DNA of 47,908 bases from Chthonomonas calidirosea (GCA_945859975.1 CAMAPH010000021.1:1-47908); one strand, 5' to 3'; counted from the first letter of the stretch, positions 1 to 9,818 are shown. Translations and numbers: made by a program. Notes: a model not told the origin generated them from the letters alone.

Positions 1-624
1 ACGCTTGTCCTCGTATCGCTGAATATCCTCATATTCTTCTGGGATCACCAATGGCGGCTTAACTCGGCCAACATCGTCTTTGCCGACCTAACGATGCGCC
101 CCAACCGGGTGATCGAAAGCCTCAGTGGCGCCCCGGACAAGTTCGCCCTGGTTACCGTTTTCACTTCGATGTTTATGCACGGCAATGCGGTGCACCTCCT
201 TGGCAACCTGATATTTCTGCTCGTTTTTGGACCGGGGATTGAGGAAACGATCGGCGCTTGGCGTTTCAGCCTGTACTACTTTGGATGGGGAATCGTAGCG
301 ACCGCGGTGCAAATCTTTGTGAATCCAATTTCGAACACCCCAACGCTCGGAGCCTCGGGAGCCATCGGCGGCGTATTGGGCACGTACTTCCTGCTGTTTC
401 CAACTTCCGTCATCGAACTCCTCATTTTTCCGTTCGTCTTTCGACCAATCCCCGTTGTCGCCTGGAAACTCCTCGGATTCTGGTTTCTGTTTCAAGTATT
501 TGTTCCCCAAGAGGGCGTTGCCAACTGGGCCCACGTGGGCGGCTTTCTCGCCGGAATGCTGACGGTACTAGCCATGGGCGGACGCGACAAAATTATCAAA
601 ACCCCGGATGCGATTCATGAATAA
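1..624 (+). CDS. Rhomboid family intramembrane serine protease (5' truncated by window edge)
   Basis: Frame is open from base 1 (TLVLVSLNILIFFW...). Motifs: SMFMHGNAVHLLGN, catalytic GASGA serine, AHVGG catalytic histidine; multiple hydrophobic helices. Confidence 0.93.
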   Translation, partial: TLVLVSLNILIFFWDHQWRLNSANIVFADLTMRPNRVIESLSGAPDKFALVTVFTSMFMHGNAVHLLGNLIFLLVFGPGIEETIGAWRFSLYYFGWGIVATAVQIFVNPISNTPTLGASGAIGGVLGTYFLLFPTSVIELLIFPFVFRPIPVVAWKLLGFWFLFQVFVPQEGVANWAHVGGFLAGMLTVLAMGGRDKIIKTPDAIHE

Positions 625-2488
625 CCCTCGAACCCGCGCCGTGGTCGCCATTGTCGTCCTATTCCTCGCGACCATCTATCCGCTCTGGCGTCGCCACTCT
701 GCCGAGAGTAAAAACCTCGCCGTCTCGCTTGGAATGGAGTACGAGGCGCTAGAATCGCTCGCCGCCGGACAAAACATCCCGGCTGACGAAGCCGCAAAGA
801 AGGTCCGGTCCGCCGGCATCGACGCCCTCGTGCTCGGTGAAGAAACGGTTTCCGACCTCATCGTTCGCGGCGATCTTAACCTGGTTACCACGTCCGTTGC
901 AGAGCTGCCAAGCGATTCAAAGATTCGCATCACATCGCTGATCATCAACGATCCAAGCGTGCTCCCGCGGGTGATTCGGGGCCTTAACATTCGCTTTGGT
1001 CCGCTAGTCAGCAACACCCAGCCTCGCAACGGCCGGCTCAGCCTCGGCCAGATTCCACCTTCCATGGTGCGAAGTACTTCCATCGGCCTTAACCCCGAGC
1101 AAGCCGCTTTCACCAAAGAGAACAATTTCCGCATCGTCGCCCGGGCTGGCAATCCAACCGCCGCCAACGCGAACACCATCACCGCGACCATCGACTGGAT
1201 GGCCGAATACGGTGTCATCGCATTCTTGCCCTTAGGTGATCAAGTCCTTGGGCGACGAGAACTACTCAAGACGACCTCCGAAGCCCTGAAGGCGAAGAAG
1301 ATCCCGTATGCCAGCGCTGAGTTCGCCAAAATCGCTGGCGACGCCAACATGCTGGAACTGAGCCCGGAGAACGTGATCCGGCTTCACACCGCTCAGCTCG
1401 CCGAACTTGACAAACTCCCCGATGCGGACGTCGTCGACCGATACGTCAAAGCCGCGCGCGAGCGAAGTCATCGCATTCTTCTCCTTCGCCCGCCGACTTC
1501 GGCCGCGGCAGAACCCCTGGACCACTTCGCCAATCTGATCCAAAAAGTAGCAGAAGGCGTCCGGGAAGAAGGTCTGGTGATCTCGACACCCCATCCATTC
1601 GTCGACCCAGAGCTTCCCGGCTGGTACACAAAACTCCTCGCCGTCATCGGCGCTCTCGTCTCCACCCTGCTCATCGGGGTTCTCGTCCCCAAGCTAAACC
1701 GCATTCCGCTGATCGGCCTTGGGTTGGTCCTTGTGGCGCTCTCGATCACCAAAACCGGAGCGTCGTTGGTCACGCTGCTTGTCTCGGTCCTGTTGCCGGT
1801 GCTCGGGTTCTGGCTCTTTGCCGACCGAGAAGCAAAAGTGCCGGGCAACGACGGCTTACCAGGCATCTTGGCCCGAGTGTTCGGCACTTCGGTCATTAGC
1901 TTGATTGGCGGTTTGTATGTCGCCGCCTCCATGACCGGGATTCCATACATGATCCGAGCGGATGAGTTCAGCGGCGTGAAGGTCGCCGTTTTCCTCCCGA
2001 TCGTCATCGTCGGCCTTTGGTGCGTGTTCCGAAACCGCAACCCGAAGGAGATCCTTGCCGCTCCGATCACCTACGGTGCGGTCTTCCTGGGAATCGCTTT
2101 GGCTGGCGTGCTGGGTGTGCTCCTTGCACGAACCGGCAATGATGGTCTTGGCGCGAGCGGAATCGAGATCCTCTTCCGCAACTACCTCGACCGCGTCTTC
2201 TACGTTCGACCTCGAACCAAGGAGTTTCTCATCGGACACCCGGTCGCGGTGATTGCCTTCGGATGGCTGCTCACCCGAAAGTCCGGCTCACTTCGGAACG
2301 ATTTAGTGCTCGCGCTTACGATGGCCCTTGCTGCAATCGGACAGACCGGAATCGTTAATACGCTCTGCCACGGACATATTCCGATTCAACTTAGCTTAGT
2401 TCGCCTTACCCTCGGACTCGCCATCGGGAGTATGATCGGTGTTGGGGGATGGGTGGCCATTAAAAGATGGCTGCCTTCGGAGGAATAA
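617..2488 (+). CDS. DUF5693 family membrane protein (csaB-associated)
   Basis: N-terminal TM anchor, large soluble domain and a C-terminal multi-TM region with RPRTKEFLIGHP and GQTGIVNTLCHGH, which I recognise as DUF5693-like. Lies directly upstream of csaB. ATG at 617 (alternative 608) overlaps the rhomboid stop. Confidence 0.75.
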   Translation: MNNPRTRAVVAIVVLFLATIYPLWRRHSAESKNLAVSLGMEYEALESLAAGQNIPADEAAKKVRSAGIDALVLGEETVSDLIVRGDLNLVTTSVAELPSDSKIRITSLIINDPSVLPRVIRGLNIRFGPLVSNTQPRNGRLSLGQIPPSMVRSTSIGLNPEQAAFTKENNFRIVARAGNPTAANANTITATIDWMAEYGVIAFLPLGDQVLGRRELLKTTSEALKAKKIPYASAEFAKIAGDANMLELSPENVIRLHTAQLAELDKLPDADVVDRYVKAARERSHRILLLRPPTSAAAEPLDHFANLIQKVAEGVREEGLVISTPHPFVDPELPGWYTKLLAVIGALVSTLLIGVLVPKLNRIPLIGLGLVLVALSITKTGASLVTLLVSVLLPVLGFWLFADREAKVPGNDGLPGILARVFGTSVISLIGGLYVAASMTGIPYMIRADEFSGVKVAVFLPIVIVGLWCVFRNRNPKEILAAPITYGAVFLGIALAGVLGVLLARTGNDGLGASGIEILFRNYLDRVFYVRPRTKEFLIGHPVAVIAFGWLLTRKSGSLRNDLVLALTMALAAIGQTGIVNTLCHGHIPIQLSLVRLTLGLAIGSMIGVGGWVAIKRWLPSEE

Positions 2489-2492
2489 CGCA

Positions 2493-3566
2493 TTGGCATC
2501 GCTTCTGTTGGCCGGATATATCGGCTGTGGCAACCTTGGCGACGACGCCATCATGCTCGGCTTCTCAAACGGGATCCATCGGTACGGGCATGAATGTCAG
2601 GTACTGAGTGGCCGACCCGAGGAGACGAACCGGCTGCATGGCGTGCCCGCCGTACCGCGACGAGACTTCAAACGCATTAAGGAAGCCATCGGGGAATCTG
2701 ACGCCCTGGTCTTCCCGGGCGGAAGCATCTTCCAAGACGTCACCAGCTTTCGAAGCGTTCTGTACTACTCTCGCTTAGTAAAGATGGCCAAAAAGGCCGG
2801 AAAGAAGGTCTTCATGGTCGGGCAAGGGGTTGGCCCGCTCAAGACGATCATTGGCCGGTCCTTTGCGCGTCAAGCCTTCCAATCCGCCGATCTCATCGCG
2901 GTGCGAGACTCCGCAAGCGCGACGACCCTAAAAGAGCTGGGCGTCAAGCACTCGCCTCGCATCACGGCCGACTGCGCATTTCTTCTCTCCGCGCCCCATC
3001 GGGCTGACGACTCGTTAGGCTTCCAGGTCGGCGAGATGAAGACCGTAGGCATTGCCGCACGACCGCTTGGCAAGGGCCACGATGTGGTCGGGATCATTAG
3101 CGATTTCTGCCGTCTGCTGTTCCAAAGCGGAGCGATGCCGATTCTGCTCGCGATGGACCGAAACGAAGACGTTCCACTGATTCAGCAAATCGAAGACCGG
3201 GCCGGCGGCAAGATTCCGGATCTGCGCAAGTTGGAGAGTCCGGGCGACATCCAAAGCCGAATCGCGCGCATGGACACCATCGTGGCAATTCGACTGCACG
3301 CCGGCATTCTCGCCAGCACCGTCGGTGTTCCGTCCCTCATGCTCGCCTACGACCCCAAAGTGACCGCATTTGCCCGCCAGCTCGACATCGGCCCCGCGGT
3401 TTCCATGGACAAACTCACGGGCGCAAGACTCTTTGATGCTTACACCGCCTTCCAAAAGGATCGCGACCGAAACGCGTCCATCGTGACCGCCAAACACGAA
3501 GAACTCGCAAAAGCGGCGGCCCAAAACGTCGAATTGGTGGCCAGCGCATTCCGAGCACGTACGTAA
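2493..3566 (+). CDS. csaB: Polysaccharide pyruvyl transferase CsaB
   Basis: Motifs GYIGCGNLGDDAI, GGSIFQDVTS, GQGVGP, VRDSAS, RLHAGI and YDPKV. TTG at 2493 is preceded by GGAGG (2479-2483). Confidence 0.9.
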   Translation: MASLLLAGYIGCGNLGDDAIMLGFSNGIHRYGHECQVLSGRPEETNRLHGVPAVPRRDFKRIKEAIGESDALVFPGGSIFQDVTSFRSVLYYSRLVKMAKKAGKKVFMVGQGVGPLKTIIGRSFARQAFQSADLIAVRDSASATTLKELGVKHSPRITADCAFLLSAPHRADDSLGFQVGEMKTVGIAARPLGKGHDVVGIISDFCRLLFQSGAMPILLAMDRNEDVPLIQQIEDRAGGKIPDLRKLESPGDIQSRIARMDTIVAIRLHAGILASTVGVPSLMLAYDPKVTAFARQLDIGPAVSMDKLTGARLFDAYTAFQKDRDRNASIVTAKHEELAKAAAQNVELVASAFRART

Positions 3567-3632
3567 TTCACGGACCATCTAGCATCGACGTACGTCTAAC
3601 GGTTCTGAGCACTGTATGCTCATCAGCGAATT

Positions 3633-6347
3633 TTGAACTTGCGGAAGCGTGAAGTGGGTACGGGATTGTTCTTTGCGGCGGTGAGCATCGGCTCGGCGCA
3701 GCTCGGCATTCCACAAATCCCGAAAGAGACCTGGGCAAAGATAACGGCGATTCAAAAGCCGGTCACCAGCACTGTGCCACCCCCCACCGTGGCCCCTGCT
3801 GGTCAAACCATCGGTCGTCCGGCACTCCGCACCAAAGCCCCAACGCCAAGAAGTCTTCAAGCCTTCTTTAACGAGTACATCACCAACCGAATCGATATCT
3901 CGGGACGGCGGACTTTGGCCTACCGCGCGCACTCGGTCGAAGGGGACCGGGAGGCCTTCAACACCCTCAACTATTACGGCCAAGGCGGCGACCAATTCTC
4001 CGATCAAGGTCAGATGAACATCTCGGGCCGAAAGGTCTTTGGCTTCATGGATTTCAACATGCAGGTCGCGGACAACCGGCTGCAGGATCCCGACCAGCGG
4101 CGCGTCACCTTAAACTTCGACGGCCATCCGTATCGGCTCACCTACGGCGACATCAACGGCTCGCTCCTCAACACCAACCGGTTTGCCCGATTCAACCGCT
4201 TGCTGAATGGCGCGATGGTGGACTACAACATGGGCCGACTGCAGGCCCGTGCGGTTCGCAGCCAATCGCGTGGCGCCGCCCGAACGGTGAGCATTCCTGG
4301 CAACAACTCTTCGGGTCCGTACTACTTGCAGAGCGGCCGAGTTCGTCCCGACACCATCGAAGTGCAGGTAAACGGAGAAACCGTCCGCCTTGGTACCGAC
4401 TACGAGCTGGACTCCGATCTTGGCGCGATCACCTTTATCAACCGAATCATTTCCCCAACCTCGGTGATCGTTGCGACCTACGAATCAGCGGCCTTCAACG
4501 AGCAAACCGGCACGATCCAAGGCGCCGGAATCTCGTACAACTTTGGGAAGTTCGGCACGATTGGTGCGAGCCTCATGGAACAGGTTGGAAGCGGTGCTAG
4601 CTCAGCCAGCAGCAAAATTGAGCTCTTCCAAGGGCAAGGCGTTCCGACGGTTGGCTACGATCTCGACTACGAGCCGATACCTGGAACTGTACAGATTCGA
4701 GTCGGCGCGATTATACAAATCCAGGGCGTCGACTTCAACTTTGATGCCACCTACCCGCGCCGTTTTTACATGACGCGGTACATCGATCCGTCCCAAACGG
4801 TGTCCGCCACCTACCGACCCAAAGTGATCCAAACGGTCACGGGTGACCGTCGCGTGACCGGCATCGATTGGCTGCTTCCCTTTGTCACGACCGATGCAAA
4901 GTCCGGCCGAAAAACCGATCTCGGCTATTTCAAACTCAGCCAAGCCCGCGGCGATGCGGTGAGCGATGGTATCGGCGGCGTAGCGCAAGGCGCAGATTGG
5001 CAGTATCGCAAAGGCCCCTTCAACTTCACTGGTGGCGTTCGCGATATCCCTGCCGAATTTGTCAGCATCGAATCTCGTGGATTTAATCGAAACGAAAAAG
5101 CCACCGAACTCGGCTTGGAGTACAACCTCGGCCCCTGGGGTTACGGCGTCAAAACCCAAAACTCGTTGGTCACCACCCGGCAAACCGTGAATGGGACTAC
5201 GGAGACTCGTCTCAACCGGTTCACCACCACGACCGGATCGGCTCGCTACCGTGAAGTTGACGGCATGCAGTGGGGATTAGAGCACTCCCGAATTCGAAAT
5301 CGGCTGCAGTTCGACTCTGCCCTCGACACTACCGGCATAACGGCTTCGAAGCAGTACGGTCGTTTGACCGCGAACTTCGCGGTAGAGAACCAGTCAGCAA
5401 CCGGGCCCACTACGTCGGCTACAAGCACGCCGGACATCGTCAGTGTGGCGTTACAGTCATTCCGAACAGGTCTGCAATGGGACGCATCGAAGAACTTCCG
5501 CGTTTCATCTCGCGCCAGTCTCTCGAAGATTGACCGCGATGGTGAAAACAGTGATGGCTCCGACGTCAGCATTGGCGCAGAGTGGCAGCCGACGGACCGC
5601 TGGAACCTCGCGACCTCCTACATCAACAGCAACTCCGGCTCAATCTCAACTCTTGGAAACCTGAATTCCGGAGCGGGAATTGGCTTTGGCGGAAATGGCT
5701 TCAGCAGCGGAGGCCTTGGGGATTCAATCAACCTTGGCAACACAACCCTGCGAAGTTTCCAGACTCAGGTTTCTCACCGGGCTTCGGACCGATTCAATCT
5801 CAGCCTTCGCGCTTACCAAACTGGCTCATTTGGCGACCTGAGCTCTAACAGCGAGACCCGAGCCTACGGCGCGGGGGTCGAATGGGATTTGGGCCGGCAA
5901 ACGCTCTTCAGTTTCTCCCTAGACCAAACGGACACGTCATACGGCACCGGATTAACCAACGCGGTCAAGGGCACTTCCTACACGGTCGGGCTCTCCGGCT
6001 CCCCTCCCGGCCGGCTGAACTTCGCCGCCATCCTTGCCGGTGCCCTCAGTAGCGGTGGCACGAGCCAATTCGGCCAAGACTCTCTGAGCTATGAAGTGAG
6101 CATGGGCTATCGGATGAACGATCGGAATCGGCTCATTTTTGCCCTCACAAATGCGCGCTCTTCTGGCTATTACGGGCAGCTTGAGCAAATCGCCACCCTG
6201 GGCTATGAGTACCGGATCTTCCGCAACATCGGCCTTCAGGCGCTTTATCGCTTCCGCGATGTTTCGAACACGGACGCTACTTTGACCAGCGGAAACTATC
6301 GCTCTCGCGGGCTCGATATCGAACTCACCTTCAACTTCCTGCGCTAA
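3633..6347 (+). CDS. Large predicted outer-membrane beta-barrel protein with two SprA-like repeat modules
   Basis: 904 aa, Gly/Ser/Thr/Asn-rich, with many alternating amphipathic strands ending in aromatic residues and a C-terminal beta-signal-like GLDIELTFNFLR. Internal duplication at about 4299-4484 and 4632-4817. Exact start uncertain. Confidence 0.7.
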   Translation: MNLRKREVGTGLFFAAVSIGSAQLGIPQIPKETWAKITAIQKPVTSTVPPPTVAPAGQTIGRPALRTKAPTPRSLQAFFNEYITNRIDISGRRTLAYRAHSVEGDREAFNTLNYYGQGGDQFSDQGQMNISGRKVFGFMDFNMQVADNRLQDPDQRRVTLNFDGHPYRLTYGDINGSLLNTNRFARFNRLLNGAMVDYNMGRLQARAVRSQSRGAARTVSIPGNNSSGPYYLQSGRVRPDTIEVQVNGETVRLGTDYELDSDLGAITFINRIISPTSVIVATYESAAFNEQTGTIQGAGISYNFGKFGTIGASLMEQVGSGASSASSKIELFQGQGVPTVGYDLDYEPIPGTVQIRVGAIIQIQGVDFNFDATYPRRFYMTRYIDPSQTVSATYRPKVIQTVTGDRRVTGIDWLLPFVTTDAKSGRKTDLGYFKLSQARGDAVSDGIGGVAQGADWQYRKGPFNFTGGVRDIPAEFVSIESRGFNRNEKATELGLEYNLGPWGYGVKTQNSLVTTRQTVNGTTETRLNRFTTTTGSARYREVDGMQWGLEHSRIRNRLQFDSALDTTGITASKQYGRLTANFAVENQSATGPTTSATSTPDIVSVALQSFRTGLQWDASKNFRVSSRASLSKIDRDGENSDGSDVSIGAEWQPTDRWNLATSYINSNSGSISTLGNLNSGAGIGFGGNGFSSGGLGDSINLGNTTLRSFQTQVSHRASDRFNLSLRAYQTGSFGDLSSNSETRAYGAGVEWDLGRQTLFSFSLDQTDTSYGTGLTNAVKGTSYTVGLSGSPPGRLNFAAILAGALSSGGTSQFGQDSLSYEVSMGYRMNDRNRLIFALTNARSSGYYGQLEQIATLGYEYRIFRNIGLQALYRFRDVSNTDATLTSGNYRSRGLDIELTFNFLR

Positions 6348-6395
6348 TTTGGGACGGTCCTAGAGAATCCTGCAGAAAGGTGACATAACTCAACC

Positions 6396-7784
6396 GTGGG
6401 ACTTGCCTTACTTCTCGGCGCAACGCTTGCTGCGCCAACTGGTTTCAACATTTCGGCCGCAGATAAGACGATGGAAGGGATCTTCCGCCAAAGTGGCGTC
6501 CCGAGTCTCACCTACGCGATCGTAAAGGACGGGAAGGTCGTGAAGTCAAACTCCTTCGGCCGGGCCAATATCGAGACCGAAGCCAAGGCGACCCGGAAAA
6601 CGGTCTACGAAATCGGCTCGATGACCAAACAATTCACCGCCGCCGGAATTCTCCTGCTCGCAGAAGAGGGCAAGTTGACCCTCGAAGATCCGATTTCCAA
6701 GCATCTTGATAATATGCCGGAAGCCTGGCGCGGACTGACGATTCGGCAGTGCCTGAGTCATACCGCCGGACTGAAGGACTATCTAGCGACCTACTCCCCG
6801 CTCAAAGCGGACCCAGTTAAGGCTTCCGATGTCTTCAAAAAGATGGGGGCGATGACCCTCGATTTCGCTCCGCAAGCATCTTGGTCGTACAGCAACACTG
6901 GCTATCTGATCGCCACGGAGATCCTCGAAAAACTCTCCCGGCAGTCGTTTTCCGAATTCATGCAGACCCGCATCTTTAAGCCCCTCGGCATGAAGAGCAC
7001 AAGCGTGAGTGACCCAGACCGAGTTATTCCAAACCGGGCGAGAGGCTATAGCGTCGGGCCCCGAGGTCTCCAGAATGCTCCGGTAATCAACCCGTCCCTA
7101 GCATCCGGTGCCGGAAACTTGGTGAGTACCGTCGACGATCTTGCACTTTGGGAAGCGTCGCTCCAGACCAACAAACTGCTCAAGCCTGAGTCGCTCAAGC
7201 AGTTCTTTGCGCCCGTCCGGTTAACCAACGGTAGATCGAGCGAGTACTCCATTGGTTGGTGGATCCGACAGGATAAGGATCGACCCATCATTGAGCACGG
7301 CGGAAACACGGTTGGCTTCAGTTCTGATCTCTTCCGTTTGCCAAAAGAAAACGTGAGCATGATCGTGTTGACCAACACCGGCGGCGTTTCTGGTGCGCAA
7401 TGGGCACGCGCTGGCCTCGCCGCTCTATTGCCCAGCTACGACCCGAAACTGCGATCCGAACCGGATCCAAACGAGCGAGAGACCGCGCTCATGATGCTTA
7501 CGCTACGAAAGTGGGGCAAGGGCAAGTACGACACCTCAAACTTTACGGAAGACTTCAAGAGCAATCTAAACACGACACGCGGCCTAGCGATGCGGTTCGG
7601 ACTGGCTTCGATTGGCAAGGACGCTTTGTCGTGCAAGTACCTCGACGGTGAAACCGTCGACGGCTTCCGAAACAAGCGGTTCAAGTTCAAATTCCCAGGC
7701 GCGGTTGCGATCATGGAACTGACATTTGCTCCCGATGGCAAAATTGCAAACCTCGGTTCGATCTATTCCTACCCGGAAAAGTGA
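6396..7784 (+). CDS. Secreted serine hydrolase, beta-lactamase/AmpC-related (peptidase S12-like) family
   Basis: SxxK (IGSMTKQF), LSHTAG, YSN (WSYSNTGY) and HGG motifs; short signal peptide; extra C-terminal domain. Confidence 0.9.
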   Translation: MGLALLLGATLAAPTGFNISAADKTMEGIFRQSGVPSLTYAIVKDGKVVKSNSFGRANIETEAKATRKTVYEIGSMTKQFTAAGILLLAEEGKLTLEDPISKHLDNMPEAWRGLTIRQCLSHTAGLKDYLATYSPLKADPVKASDVFKKMGAMTLDFAPQASWSYSNTGYLIATEILEKLSRQSFSEFMQTRIFKPLGMKSTSVSDPDRVIPNRARGYSVGPRGLQNAPVINPSLASGAGNLVSTVDDLALWEASLQTNKLLKPESLKQFFAPVRLTNGRSSEYSIGWWIRQDKDRPIIEHGGNTVGFSSDLFRLPKENVSMIVLTNTGGVSGAQWARAGLAALLPSYDPKLRSEPDPNERETALMMLTLRKWGKGKYDTSNFTEDFKSNLNTTRGLAMRFGLASIGKDALSCKYLDGETVDGFRNKRFKFKFPGAVAIMELTFAPDGKIANLGSIYSYPEK

Positions 7785-7852
7785 ACCTGTTCGTTCGTGA
7801 AACTTGAGGCTGAGACCCGGAAGCGAGGATGTATTCGAGTACATTCCCTTCT

Positions 7853-9070
7853 ATGCTTAGGAGAGGTTGGCTCTGTATCGTCGCGCTTGTGCTCACGGCG
7901 CTAAGCGCGGCCCAACCCGTTTCGCCGGTCATCGCGCCGGGCATAAAGATCCCACCGTCCAAAATTGACTTCCCCAACTGGCGGATGGTGGGCGAGTACG
8001 AATGGGCCACCGAGTACAACATCGGACTGCCAACTGCCGCGCCGTCTGGTGTGCGAGAAAACGACACGATTCCGGTCCGAATTTTCATTCCGGTTGAGCG
8101 CAGGGGGCCGATTCCGATTGTCGTGATCTCCCACTATTGGGGGGCGGTGGACCTCCGCGCCGAGGTTTCTCTTGCGCAAGAACTCGCAAGCCGAAACATC
8201 GCGAGCGCGGTGGTCACGCTTCCCTACCACTTACAGCGAACGCCCGCCGGCGTCAGATCCGGAGCCTTAGCCATTCAGCCAGACCCGGTGGCACTGCGAG
8301 CGACAACCTATCAGGCAGTTCAGGATCTTCGCCGTACGATTGACTTCCTCTCGACCCGCTCGGAGTTTGACAGCGGCAAAATTGGCATCGCTGGAACAAG
8401 TCTAGGTGCCATCGTTAGCGCGCTCACCTACGCCGTCGAACCCCGAGTGAAGAATGTTGCCTTCATCCTTGGCGGAATTGAGCTGGCCAACATCCTATGG
8501 TCTTCTTCCCGAGTGGTCGTGCAACGCGACGAACTCCGAGCCAAGGGATTCACCGAAGAGAAACTGCAAACGGAACTGGCGAGCGTTGAACCCGCAAACT
8601 TTTTGCCACGTGACGCACCCGGAAACTCGTTTGTTGTGGTTGGCAAGTTCGACACCGTCATCCCGAAATCCAGTTCCGATGCGCTGATCGCCAAGATGCC
8701 GGGCATTCAGATCCTTAGCATCGACACCGGCCACTACGGCGGAATCTTCGTTCAGAGGCGTCTTCTGCGCGAGACCGCTGCCTTCTTCGACGCCAAATTT
8801 ACTGGTCGAACCTACGCACCTCCGACCCGGATTTACGCTCCGACGATCCGTATTGGCCTAGGCGTAGATGTTCCGAGCGGGTTCGAAATCGGCGCAGGTC
8901 TCGATATCTGGGCGTTCGATAAACCCCGGCGAAATCTGGCTACCTTGTTCATCTCCCCGCGCGGACCGCGGATTTGGCTACACCGGCAAATCGGTAGCGG
9001 CTTCAGCATCGGACTAAACGCGAGCGAAAAGCGCGTCGGCATCGGTCTGTTGTGGAGCACCGTGCTCTGA
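7853..9070 (+). CDS. Secreted alpha/beta hydrolase with C-terminal beta-strand-rich extension
   Basis: Signal peptide (MLRRGWLCIVALVLTALSAA), nucleophile elbow GTSLG, Asp in GKFDTVIP, His in DTGHYG. ATG at 7853 follows TACATT at 7840-7845. Confidence 0.85.
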   Translation: MLRRGWLCIVALVLTALSAAQPVSPVIAPGIKIPPSKIDFPNWRMVGEYEWATEYNIGLPTAAPSGVRENDTIPVRIFIPVERRGPIPIVVISHYWGAVDLRAEVSLAQELASRNIASAVVTLPYHLQRTPAGVRSGALAIQPDPVALRATTYQAVQDLRRTIDFLSTRSEFDSGKIGIAGTSLGAIVSALTYAVEPRVKNVAFILGGIELANILWSSSRVVVQRDELRAKGFTEEKLQTELASVEPANFLPRDAPGNSFVVVGKFDTVIPKSSSDALIAKMPGIQILSIDTGHYGGIFVQRRLLRETAAFFDAKFTGRTYAPPTRIYAPTIRIGLGVDVPSGFEIGAGLDIWAFDKPRRNLATLFISPRGPRIWLHRQIGSGFSIGLNASEKRVGIGLLWSTVL

Positions 9071-9807
9071 TGCCAGAGCTTCCGATTGGATTCGATAACC
9101 TGTTTGAAACCTTTCGCGCCCTTGGCAAAGCAGCAGAGGGGAACCTGACGGAAACCGATGAGTACTTGTTGTGCGAAGGGACAGTGAACCATCCGGTAGC
9201 CAACTTTGCCGTCATCAAGAATCTGAACAGCAACGACGCCGGAATGTTTGCCCGGCATGCCGCGCAACGTTCAGTGTTTCATCTTTACGCCATCCCGACC
9301 GCCCCCGTGCACGAGATGCTTCGACGCGCCGGCTTCTTACCGGCGTACCGAATGCTCCAGATGCAAGCCCCGGCGATCGGCCCCCTTGCAGATTCGGTCA
9401 GCGAACCCATTGTGGAGATTGACGTGCTTGCCGCAGCGAGCTTGATGATCGAAACTTTCTTTCAACGATACGGTTTGGCTGAACAAGCAGCGATTCGAAA
9501 TGCAATTTGTAATAGCGGTATTCCCGCCGTTGGCGAAACCGCAGATGGGTTGGTCTTGTCTACTGCGTTAATGCATTACCATGCCGAAACCGTGGGCGTT
9601 TACAACCTTTGCGTTTCCGCTTCCAAGCGCAACAAAGGCTTAGGACGTGACTTAGTTCGTAAAATTCGAACGGCGGCAGGTGAAAACCCCGTAATTTTGC
9701 AGTGTGACTATAACCTTGGCCCTTGGTATCAGCAACTCGGCTTCTCAGAAATCAGTAGCCTAACGGTTTATACAATTGACCCCAAGATTCGGCCAGAGTT
9801 GCTGTAA
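9070..9807 (+). CDS. GNAT family N-acetyltransferase
   Basis: C-terminal GNAT motif A (VYNLCVSASKRNKGLG) and motif B (WYQQLGF). ATG overlaps the upstream TGA. Confidence 0.85.
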   Translation: MPELPIGFDNLFETFRALGKAAEGNLTETDEYLLCEGTVNHPVANFAVIKNLNSNDAGMFARHAAQRSVFHLYAIPTAPVHEMLRRAGFLPAYRMLQMQAPAIGPLADSVSEPIVEIDVLAAASLMIETFFQRYGLAEQAAIRNAICNSGIPAVGETADGLVLSTALMHYHAETVGVYNLCVSASKRNKGLGRDLVRKIRTAAGENPVILQCDYNLGPWYQQLGFSEISSLTVYTIDPKIRPELL

Positions 9808-9818
9808 TATAGGAACCA

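Noticed and set aside
6396..7784. Bona fide AmpC antibiotic-resistance gene
   Set aside because: Has HGG rather than the KTG triad and an extra C-terminal domain; fits the broad serine hydrolase/peptidase family, so resistance cannot be claimed.
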